Of a stretch of DNA of 40,885 nt, positions 8,435 through 15,751 are shown piece after piece (position 1 is the stretch's first letter; every line of letters starts with the position of its first letter). The stretch covers positions 1 to 40,885 of the forward strand of contig DAIOFZ010000003.1 of assembly GCA_036745475.1 (NCBI GenBank), in the 5' to 3' direction. This DNA is from Actinomycetota bacterium (lineage in GTDB: Bacteria > Actinomycetota > UBA4738 > HRBIN12). A model generated the notes under the pieces. The model was not told the origin of the DNA. It searched no databases and saw only the letters and a program-made list of their open reading frames with translations. The position numbers and the translations under genes were made by a program.

Positions 8435-9628
8435 ATGCCGACCTACGTCTCGAACGTCACGCTGTTCGACGGCCGGTCCGTTAGGCGCGGAGCCGGCGTG
8501 CTCGTCGCGGACGGTCGCGTCGAATGGGTCGGTTCGCACGCTCGCTCCACGCGTTCGGCGCGAGCGGCCGACGAGATCGACGGACGAGACAAGACGTTGA
8601 CGCCGGGGTTGATCGACTGCCACGTCCATCTGTGCTTCGACGGGAGCGCCGACTTCGCGGGCGAGGCGCGCGAGATGACGACCGACGCCGCCGCGACCGT
8701 CAAGGCCGTGCGCAACGCAGCCCGGACGCTGGACCACGGCGTGACGACGGTGCGGGACATGGGAGGGCGCGGCGATTCGGTCATCCAGGTCGCGAGGGGG
8801 GTCGAACGCGGCCTGCTCGTCGGTCCGAGGATCCTGGCGGCCGGCCGCGCGCTGACGATCACGGGCGGCCACGGGCACCAGATCGGGTTCGCGCGCGAGG
8901 TCGACGGGCCGGAGGGGCTCCGGCGCGCGGTGCGCGAGGAGATCCGTGCCGGCGCGACGGCGATCAAGCTGGTCGCGACGGGTGGCGTGCTCACCCCGGG
9001 GATCACCCACGACTTCACGGCGTTCACCCAGGAGGAGCTCGACGCCGCCGTCGACGAGGCGCGCTCGTGGGGCCGCGTGGTCGGCGCGCACGCGATCGGG
9101 CCCGAGGGGATCGTCCGGGCGGTCCGTGCCGGCGTGGACTCGATCGAACACGGATCGATGCTGTCGGGGGAGGGCGCCCGGCTGATGAAGGAGCTCGGGA
9201 CGTTCCACGTCCCTACGATCTCGGCGATCCGCGGGATCGTCGACCACGCCGACGAAGTGCCGGCGTACGCGGTCGAGAAGGCGACCGAGCTCGTCGAGCT
9301 CGCCCGCGAGGGGTTCCGGCGCTCGCTCAGAGGCGGCGTTCGGGTCGCGTGTGGGACCGACGCCGGGACGCCGTTCAACCCGCACGGGAACACGCTCGTC
9401 GAGATCGTTCGCATGGTCGAGTGGGGGATGACCCCGCTGCAGGCGATGCGCTCGGCGACCTCGAACGCGGCCGCGCTGCTCCGGCTCGCCGACGTCGGCG
9501 TGGTCGCGGAGGGCGCCGAGGCGGATCTCGTGCTGTTCGGGTCGAACCCGATCGAGGACATCCGGGCGGTGCTCGAGCCCGCGTTCGTGATCCAGGGCGG
9601 CGTGCTCGTCGCCCGCCCGAGGCCCTAG
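8435..9628 (+). CDS. Metal-dependent amidohydrolase (COG1228-like, imidazolonepropionase/prolidase-related)
   Basis: MPTYVSNVTLFDG...LTPGLIDCHVHL (HxH), a later KLVATGGV and GTD near the C-terminus. ATG 8435 lies 5 nt after the cupin stop. The track ORF starts at 8405. Confidence 0.8.
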   Translation: MPTYVSNVTLFDGRSVRRGAGVLVADGRVEWVGSHARSTRSARAADEIDGRDKTLTPGLIDCHVHLCFDGSADFAGEAREMTTDAAATVKAVRNAARTLDHGVTTVRDMGGRGDSVIQVARGVERGLLVGPRILAAGRALTITGGHGHQIGFAREVDGPEGLRRAVREEIRAGATAIKLVATGGVLTPGITHDFTAFTQEELDAAVDEARSWGRVVGAHAIGPEGIVRAVRAGVDSIEHGSMLSGEGARLMKELGTFHVPTISAIRGIVDHADEVPAYAVEKATELVELAREGFRRSLRGGVRVACGTDAGTPFNPHGNTLVEIVRMVEWGMTPLQAMRSATSNAAALLRLADVGVVAEGAEADLVLFGSNPIEDIRAVLEPAFVIQGGVLVARPRP

Positions 9629-9654
9629 GAGCCAGAGGGGGTCACCCCTAGGTT

Positions 9655-9677
9655 TTGTCACTCCCCGCTCCTACGCT
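9655..9677 (+). promoter_or_regulatory. RecA-independent DNA-damage-type promoter motif TTGTCACTC-N8-TACGCT upstream of the RmuC-like gene
   Basis: Matches the mycobacterial RecA-NDp consensus tTGTCRgtg-N8-TAnnnT at 7 of 9 positions plus the full -10, with the exact 8-nt spacer. It lies 22 nt upstream of ATG 9699 and precedes the AGGAGG SD. Confidence 0.5.
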
Positions 9678-9698
9678 GCCGGGGACAAGGAGGAGCGG

Positions 9699-10697
9699 AT
9701 GGCCCAGCTCGGTTACGCGATGCTCGGACTCGTGCTCGGCGCGGCGCTCGGGGCGGTGGTACTGGGGACGTGGCGGAGGGCATCGTCGACGCCGTCGACG
9801 CGGGTGGAGGCACGGCTCGAGGTGCAGGCGGCGGAGCTCCGCCGGCTCGCCGACGCCGCTGCCGCCCGTGAGGGCTCGGCCGAACACCTGCGTTCGGATC
9901 TCGCGGGCGCCCGGCGCGTGCTCGAGGCGCTCGCCCTGCGCGAGGACGAGCGGCGCGAACGCGACGCGGAGTCCTGGGAGATCGTCCGCCGGCTCTCGAC
10001 CGTGCTCGTCGGCAGCGCCTCCAAGGGCCGGGCGGGCGAGAACGTGCTCCGCGAGCACCTCGGGCAGCTCCCACCGGGCATGCTCGTCACGGACCTGCGC
10101 GTGAACGGCCGCGTGGTCGAGTTCGGGCTGCTGCTTCCCGACGGCCGGCGGCTGCCGGTCGACTCCAAGTGGTCCGCGGTGGCCGAGCTGGAGGCGCTCG
10201 AGGCCGCCGACGATCCCACCCAGCGCGAGGCGCTCGCGCGGGAGGTCGAACGCCAGGTCGCGCTCCGGGCGCGGGAGGTGGCGCTGTACCTCGACCCGTC
10301 TCTCACCGCACCGGTCGCTGTGGCCGCCGTCCCGGACGCTGCGTACGAGGTCCTGCGACGGGCGCACGCCGACGCGTTCGCGCGCGGCGTCGTGATCGTC
10401 CCGTACTCGACGGCCCTGCCGGTACTCCTGTTCCTGTACAGCCTCGCGCATCGGTTCGGCGACGCGGACGACGCGCGGTCGGCGCTCGAGGAGGTGGTGT
10501 CGGTGCTCGACGCGATGCAGCTGGTCCTCGAGAACAAGGTCGCGCGCGCGGCGACGATGGTGTCGAACGGCGTCGACGAGCTGCGGTCGGGGCTGGGCAA
10601 GGCCCGCGGCTCGATCGCGCGCGGCCGCACTGCGGCGGCGATCGCCCCCGAACCCGAGCTCGCGCTCGTCGACGAGGTGCTGAAGGCTGTTCCTTAG
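9699..10697 (+). CDS. rmuC: DNA recombination protein RmuC family (short form: N-terminal TM, coiled coil, nuclease-like domain)
   Basis: 332 aa that align by eye with E. coli RmuC blocks. SKGRAGENVLREHLG resembles QRGNWGEVVLTRVLE, LLPDGRRLPVDSKW resembles RLPQGKDVVIDAKM, and VVIVPYSTALPVLLFL resembles IMLVSPTTLLVAL. Confidence 0.75.
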   Translation: MAQLGYAMLGLVLGAALGAVVLGTWRRASSTPSTRVEARLEVQAAELRRLADAAAAREGSAEHLRSDLAGARRVLEALALREDERRERDAESWEIVRRLSTVLVGSASKGRAGENVLREHLGQLPPGMLVTDLRVNGRVVEFGLLLPDGRRLPVDSKWSAVAELEALEAADDPTQREALAREVERQVALRAREVALYLDPSLTAPVAVAAVPDAAYEVLRRAHADAFARGVVIVPYSTALPVLLFLYSLAHRFGDADDARSALEEVVSVLDAMQLVLENKVARAATMVSNGVDELRSGLGKARGSIARGRTAAAIAPEPELALVDEVLKAVP

Positions 10698-10705
10698 CGG
10701 GGCGG

Positions 10706-10711
10706 TAGGCT
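10706..10711 (+). promoter_or_regulatory. -10-like TAGGCT 6 nt upstream of GTG 10718 (leaderless-type)
   Basis: TAnnnT match with no SD. Confidence 0.4.
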
Positions 10712-10717
10712 CGCCCG

Positions 10718-11047
10718 GTGGACTTCGAGGAAGCGCTCGTGAAGCACGGGTTCCATCCCGCCGCCGGCCGTACGCCGCGAGGGGTCCAGGTGCTTGTCGC
10801 CGAACCCAACCCCTTCCTGACCTACACCGTGCAGGCGTTCGACGACGGGACCGCGCTGTTCTCATGGGAGTTCGCGGTCGGCGAGTACCTGGGGACCAAG
10901 GGGATCCAGTTCGGGTCGGACGAGACGCTGAACCAGTTCATGTTCCCGCGCGAAGACACCCGCGGGCCGCAGGAGGCCGCCTGGCTGGGCGAAGCGATCG
11001 AGCGCGCGCGAGCGCAGGTCGCGTCGATCCGGTTCGACCAGCCCTAG
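10718..11047 (+). CDS. Hypothetical protein (109 aa)
   Basis: The ORF has non-shadow amino-acid composition (MDFEEALVKHGFHP...FSWEFAVGEYLGTKGIQFGSDETLNQFMFPRED). I recognise no family. Confidence 0.5.
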   Translation: MDFEEALVKHGFHPAAGRTPRGVQVLVAEPNPFLTYTVQAFDDGTALFSWEFAVGEYLGTKGIQFGSDETLNQFMFPREDTRGPQEAAWLGEAIERARAQVASIRFDQP

Positions 11048-11081
11048 AAGCTGGGTTCCCTTCGCGCCGGCGATGGAAAGC

Positions 11082-11087
11082 TAGGAT
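11082..11087 (+). promoter_or_regulatory. -10-like TAGGAT 8 nt upstream of GTG 11096 (leaderless-type)
   Basis: TAnnnT match with no SD. Confidence 0.35.
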
Positions 11088-11095
11088 CGCCGGCT

Positions 11096-11878
11096 GTGTT
11101 CACCGTTGAGCAGCGGGATGCTCTCCGCGAGCGCGTGTTGAGGCTCGCGCAGGAGGATGAGCGCATCGTCGCGGGGGCGGCTGTCGGCTCGCTCGCCGTA
11201 GACCGGGCTGACCGCTTCTCCGATCTGGACCTGACCTTCGGCGTCGCCGACCACCTTCGGGTCGCCGACGTGCTCGCCGACTGGACGCACACGCTCACGC
11301 ACGAACTCGCCGCTGTGCAGCTCGCCGAGCTCGAGCGCGGACCGACCACCTACCGGGTGTTCCTGCTGCCGGACCTGTTGCAGTTGGATCTGTCGATGAC
11401 GCCGGCGGCGCAGTTCCGTCCGGCCGGGCCTCGATTCAGGCTGCTGTTCGGTGAAACGGCTGCGGGCGGGTCCGAGGCTCCCGCGCCGTCGGTAGCAGGC
11501 GACCTCTTCCCTTCCACGCCGGCGCTCGCAGCGGACATCTTCGGGTGGGGCGTCATCTACGCGGTCTACGCGCGCACGTGCATCGAGCGCGGGCGTGTCT
11601 GGCAGGCGGAGCATTACGTCGGTGCCGTGCGCGACCACGCGCTCTCGATTGCGTGCCTGCGCCAGGGGCTGCCGGCGGTGCAGGCGCGCGGCTACGACGA
11701 CCTCTCCGCTGAAACCCTTGCTCGATTCCAGGCCGTCCACACGTGCACGGTCGAACCTGGGGCGCTCCGGTCGGCTCTCGCTGGCTCTGTTCTCGCGCTT
11801 CTGCGCGAGGGTGCGGACGCGCGCCTCCCGCATGCTGATGTCATCGCTGAGCGGCTCGCTGAGCTCGGCAAACCATAG
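11096..11878 (+). CDS. Nucleotidyltransferase-fold protein with helical C-terminal domain (KNTase/ANT-like architecture)
   Basis: Contains GSLAVDRADRFSDLDL, which fits the minimal NTase motif G[SG]-x9-13-DxD. The size (260 aa) and two-domain layout resemble aminoglycoside/lincosamide nucleotidyltransferases. The substrate is unknown. Confidence 0.65.
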   Translation: MFTVEQRDALRERVLRLAQEDERIVAGAAVGSLAVDRADRFSDLDLTFGVADHLRVADVLADWTHTLTHELAAVQLAELERGPTTYRVFLLPDLLQLDLSMTPAAQFRPAGPRFRLLFGETAAGGSEAPAPSVAGDLFPSTPALAADIFGWGVIYAVYARTCIERGRVWQAEHYVGAVRDHALSIACLRQGLPAVQARGYDDLSAETLARFQAVHTCTVEPGALRSALAGSVLALLREGADARLPHADVIAERLAELGKP

Positions 11879-11971
11879 ACCCAACCGGTTCATGTTTCCC
11901 GCGAGAGGATCCGCATGGGGCTCCCGGGTGGACACTCCCCTCGACATGAACGGGTCGCCCATGATGAGCGC

Positions 11972-13312
11972 GTGACGACGAGCCTGCGACCGCCGGGTCC
12001 CGACCTGTCCCGGCTCGGCGCGCTCCGGGCGTTCCGGAGCGATCCGCTGGGACTCCTCGAACGCCTGGCCGCGTACGGCGACGTCGTCCGTATCGACGTG
12101 CCGGGCTCGGCCGCGTACCTCGTGAACCATCCCGACCTGGTCCACGGGGTGCTCGTCGCCGGTCATCGGTCGTTCCACAAGGGGCCGACGATCCAGGCGG
12201 CGAAGATGCTGCTCGGCGAGTCGCTGCTCACCAACGAGGACGAGACCCATCTCCGCCGGCGGCGTCTGATCCAGCCGATGTTCCACCACGAGCGGATCGC
12301 GACCTACGCGGCATCGATGGTCCGGTTCGCCGAGCGCGCCGCCGAGCGCTGGGGCGACGGCGACGAGGTCGACATCCAGGCCGAGATGTCGGCGCTCACC
12401 CTCGCGGTGGTGGGGGACACCCTGTTCGGGACGGACGTCGACGAGCGGCGAAGCGCGACCGTCCGACGGGCCCTCACGGACACGCTCTCGATGTTCGACC
12501 GCGTGTACTCGCCGCTGTTCCGCCTGCTCGTGCGGTTGCCCTCGCCGACGATGCGGCGCTACCGGCGGGTCGAATCGGACCTCAACCGTGTGATCGCCGA
12601 GATGATCGCCGAACGCCGCGCCGCCGGCGCCGACGGTAACGACCTCCTCTCCCTGCTCCTCCGCGCGGATGAGGAGGGGGTCGGCATGACCGACGAGCAG
12701 GTTCGGGACGAGGCCCTCACGCTGTTCCTCGCCGGCCACGAGACCACCGCGATCGCGCTCACGTGGACGTGGTGGCTGCTCTCGCGCAAGCCCGAGGCGG
12801 AGGCGCGCCTGCACGCCGAGCTCGACGCCGTGCTCTCGGAAGGGGGGCCTTCGGTCGGCGATCTGCCGAACCTCCCGTACACGCAGGCCGTGATCTCGGA
12901 GTCGATCCGGCTCCGGCCGCCGGTCTGGGCGATCGGCCGGACCGCCATCGCCGGTCACCCCGCGAACGGCTACGCGATCGACCGCGGCTCGATCGTCGTG
13001 GTCTCGCCGTGGCTCCTGCACCACGACCCTCGATGGTGGCCCGAGCCCGAGTCCTTCCGCCCCGAGCGCTGGCTCCACGACGACCCCGATCGGCCGCGGT
13101 ACGCGTTCATCCCGTTCGGCGGAGGTCCGCGCGTGTGCATCGGCGAGCCGTTCGCGCGGCTGGAGGCGGCGATGCTGCTCGCGTCGATCGCGCGACGGTG
13201 GCGGTTCGCGAGCCCGAGCGACGGGGAGCCGGACCTCCAGGCCGTCATCACCCTGCGGCCCCGCGGGGGGCTACCGATGCTCGCGCACCGCCGAACGCCC
13301 GACGGGGCCTAG
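11972..13312 (+). CDS. Cytochrome P450
   Basis: Heme-thiolate loop FIPFGGGPRVCIGEPFA, ExxR (ESIRLRPP) and I-helix LAGHETT. GTG 11972 was chosen as the start. The track ORF begins at 11915. Confidence 0.85.
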   Translation: MTTSLRPPGPDLSRLGALRAFRSDPLGLLERLAAYGDVVRIDVPGSAAYLVNHPDLVHGVLVAGHRSFHKGPTIQAAKMLLGESLLTNEDETHLRRRRLIQPMFHHERIATYAASMVRFAERAAERWGDGDEVDIQAEMSALTLAVVGDTLFGTDVDERRSATVRRALTDTLSMFDRVYSPLFRLLVRLPSPTMRRYRRVESDLNRVIAEMIAERRAAGADGNDLLSLLLRADEEGVGMTDEQVRDEALTLFLAGHETTAIALTWTWWLLSRKPEAEARLHAELDAVLSEGGPSVGDLPNLPYTQAVISESIRLRPPVWAIGRTAIAGHPANGYAIDRGSIVVVSPWLLHHDPRWWPEPESFRPERWLHDDPDRPRYAFIPFGGGPRVCIGEPFARLEAAMLLASIARRWRFASPSDGEPDLQAVITLRPRGGLPMLAHRRTPDGA

Positions 13313-14478
13313 CCGACGCGGGACGCGACGGCCCTGTCCCGGGCCGCGATCAGCTCGAGGTACTTGCCCCGCTCGCCGAACGTCGCCCGCAGCTGCTGCG
13401 TGAGGCGCTCGATGAACTCGTCCCGGTAGGTGGAGTCGACGGCAGAGGCCACGGCGTAGTACAGGGCCGAGAACGACGCGACGCCGGCGGCCGTGCGGAC
13501 GAGCTGCCTGGTGATCTGGAGCTGCTCGCCGAAGAACGGCAGGGTGAACAGGGCGTGCCCCTCGGTGCCGATCCAGTCCTCCCGGATCGCGGGCGTGACG
13601 AGTAGCGCGCCGAACACCATGAAGAAGAGCCAGATCGCGACGCCGACGAACGCGATCTGCAGGGCCTGCGCGAGGAAGATCACGAGCCCGACGTTGACGC
13701 GCTGCCGCCGGTGGAGTGGGACCGCGAGGGAGCTGCCTCGCTCGAGGTCGCGGACGCTCCCCGGGAGCCGGACGATCAGGAAGACCGCGGTGATCATCGC
13801 GAACAGCCCGGCGCCGGCGTAAAAGGTCACGTCGCTCGCCTGGCCGAACAGCTGCCAGTACTCGTTCGTGAAGAACGTCACGAGCGAGAAGAACAGCAGG
13901 AGCGGGAGCGCGCGGACGAGGAGGGTGAGCGAGGCGCCGAGGAGCCGTACGAACCGTGTCGCGACCCACCGCAGGATCGAGAAGACCCCGAACCCGACGA
14001 CGAGCCAGATCAGGCCTAGCAGCACGAGGTTGCCGAGCCCCGTGACGAGCGCGCTCGTGAGCTGCCCGCCGAAGACGAGCGGGAGCACCACGGGGAGCAC
14101 GACGAACGCCGTGAGCTCGGGGACCCCGAGTTTCTGCGGGACCGAGAGGAACCTGCGGCCGCGCGAGACGTTCAGCAGCCCGAACGCGCCGAGGACCAAC
14201 GCGACACCACCCAGCAGCGCGAGGACGTTCAGGGCCGGCGGCCAGTCCAGGTTGATCGCGCCGAGGATCTCGAGCACGAACACCACCGCGAGGAGCGGGA
14301 TCGCACGGTTGAAGACGTCCTCGGTCGCCGAGTAGTCCTCGGCCAGCAGGGGCAGTCCGGCGCTCCGGAAGCGGCGCTCGAGCTCGCGGATCCGGCGTTC
14401 GCGCTCGAGCGGCTCGTCCACGTCCGCTATCGAACCCCGCCGCTCACCCACCCGCAAGCGCCTCGAGACGACTCGCAA
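13309..14478 (-). CDS. Multi-pass integral membrane protein of unknown function
   Basis: 389-aa ORF with a charged N-terminal ~50 aa followed by many hydrophobic segments. The start is uncertain (TTG 14478, GTG 14451 or GTG 14421). Its stop overlaps the P450 stop within CTAG. Confidence 0.65.
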   Translation of the reverse strand: MRVVSRRLRVGERRGSIADVDEPLERERRIRELERRFRSAGLPLLAEDYSATEDVFNRAIPLLAVVFVLEILGAINLDWPPALNVLALLGGVALVLGAFGLLNVSRGRRFLSVPQKLGVPELTAFVVLPVVLPLVFGGQLTSALVTGLGNLVLLGLIWLVVGFGVFSILRWVATRFVRLLGASLTLLVRALPLLLFFSLVTFFTNEYWQLFGQASDVTFYAGAGLFAMITAVFLIVRLPGSVRDLERGSSLAVPLHRRQRVNVGLVIFLAQALQIAFVGVAIWLFFMVFGALLVTPAIREDWIGTEGHALFTLPFFGEQLQITRQLVRTAAGVASFSALYYAVASAVDSTYRDEFIERLTQQLRATFGERGKYLELIAARDRAVASRVG

Positions 14479-14494
14479 CCGCGACGGCAGCCGG

Positions 14495-14500
14495 TACGCT
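14495..14500 (+). promoter_or_regulatory. -10-like TACGCT 7 nt upstream of GTG 14508 (leaderless-type)
   Basis: TAnnnT match with no SD. Confidence 0.4.
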
Positions 14501-14507
14501 GTTCCGA

Positions 14508-15227
14508 GTGGGGTTCGCCAGCGCGCTCGTCATCTTCGCCCATCCCGACGACGCCGAGTTCATGTGCGGCGGCACCGTCGCGAGCTGGGTGAAGGATGGG
14601 ACCGACGTCCACTACTGCGTGGTCACCGACGGCTCGGCCGGCTCGAACGAACCGAGCATGACGCGCGAGGCGATGGTGCCGATCCGCGAACGGGAGCAAC
14701 GGGCGGCAGCGGACGTGCTCGGCGTGCAGAGCCTGTCGTTCCTCGGGTTCGTCGATGGGGAGCTCCAGGTCGACCTAGCGACCCGCAAGGCCGTGACGCG
14801 GGTCGTTCGGCGGGTCCGGCCGGAGGTGATCGTCGCGCCGGACCCATCGCGCCTGTGGTTCGGGAATCGGTACATCAATCACTGGGACCACAAACAAGCG
14901 GGGACGCTCGCGCTGTGCGCCGTCATGCCCGACGCGCCGAGCCGCCCGCAGTTCCCCGAGCTGCTCGACGAGGGTCTCGAGCCCTTCGAGGTGCCGAACC
15001 TCTGGCTCGCCTCGGAGGACGGCGATACCTACGTGGACATCTCGAAGACGCTCGAGATCAAGCTCGAGTCCCTGCGCGCGCACGAGTCGCAGGGGACCGG
15101 GGACGCCCTCGACTGGGTACGCGAGCGGGCCCACGAGGTCGGCGAGGAGGGTGGGTTCGAGTACGCGGAGGGCTTCAAGGCGTTCGACCTGCGCGACGAG
15201 GACGTGGACGTGACGGAGCCGGTGTGA
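14508..15227 (+). CDS. PIG-L/LmbE family N-acetylglucosaminyl deacetylase
   Basis: LVIFAHPDDAEFMCGGT (AHPDDxE zinc motif) and a later HxDH-like HWDH. At 239 aa it is shorter than MshB/Mca. Confidence 0.8.
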   Translation: MGFASALVIFAHPDDAEFMCGGTVASWVKDGTDVHYCVVTDGSAGSNEPSMTREAMVPIREREQRAAADVLGVQSLSFLGFVDGELQVDLATRKAVTRVVRRVRPEVIVAPDPSRLWFGNRYINHWDHKQAGTLALCAVMPDAPSRPQFPELLDEGLEPFEVPNLWLASEDGDTYVDISKTLEIKLESLRAHESQGTGDALDWVRERAHEVGEEGGFEYAEGFKAFDLRDEDVDVTEPV

Positions 15228-15742
15228 TGGAAGAGCCGCTCGGCGACGACGAACGCGAGACCTTCGGGCTCGAACCCGAGGAGGCGCAGAACATCCGCGC
15301 CGACCTCGAGGACCTAGAGGGGATGCGCCGGACGTTCCAGGGCCAGGGCGTAAAGGGTGTCGTGATCGCCTGCGAGCGGTGCGAGGAGAACCACTATTAC
15401 GAGTGGGACCTGCTGATGGAGAACCTCGAGCACATGCTCCAGACCGGCGAATCCCAGATGCACGAGCCCGCGTTCGAGGTCCGCGAGGAGGAGTACATCC
15501 AGTGGGACTATGGCAAGGGCTACGTGGACGCGCTCGCGGACGCGGGGCTCGAGCCCGACAATCGCGTCGAGGTAACGCGGTGCCCGTGGTGCGGCACGCC
15601 GGCCGAGGACCACTTCCAGTTCTGCCCGAAGTGCGGCCGCTCGTTCGGCGCCGTCCGGATCTACAAGGAGCTCGTCGACCGTGGCCTGGACGAGCGCGAG
15701 GTGCGCGCGATGCTCGTGCGCGCCGGGTTCGAACCCTTCTGA
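15227..15742 (+). CDS. Conserved acidic zinc-ribbon protein (three CxxC pairs)
   Basis: ATG 15227 shares one nt with the upstream stop (TGATG). Contains CERCEENHYY, CPWCG and CPKCG. It forms the C-terminal 171 codons of track ORF 14564..15742. Confidence 0.65.
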   Translation: MEEPLGDDERETFGLEPEEAQNIRADLEDLEGMRRTFQGQGVKGVVIACERCEENHYYEWDLLMENLEHMLQTGESQMHEPAFEVREEEYIQWDYGKGYVDALADAGLEPDNRVEVTRCPWCGTPAEDHFQFCPKCGRSFGAVRIYKELVDRGLDEREVRAMLVRAGFEPF

Positions 15743-15751
15743 ACCGACCGA

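Noticed and set aside
11081-13078. 665-aa minus-strand ORF antisense to the NTase and P450 genes. Similar shadows are 2003..3625, 6459..8600, 8357..9661, 19934..21298, 28255..29226, 32168..33559 and 36405..37826.
   Set aside because: All have shadow-ORF composition and each overlaps a gene with recognisable catalytic motifs.
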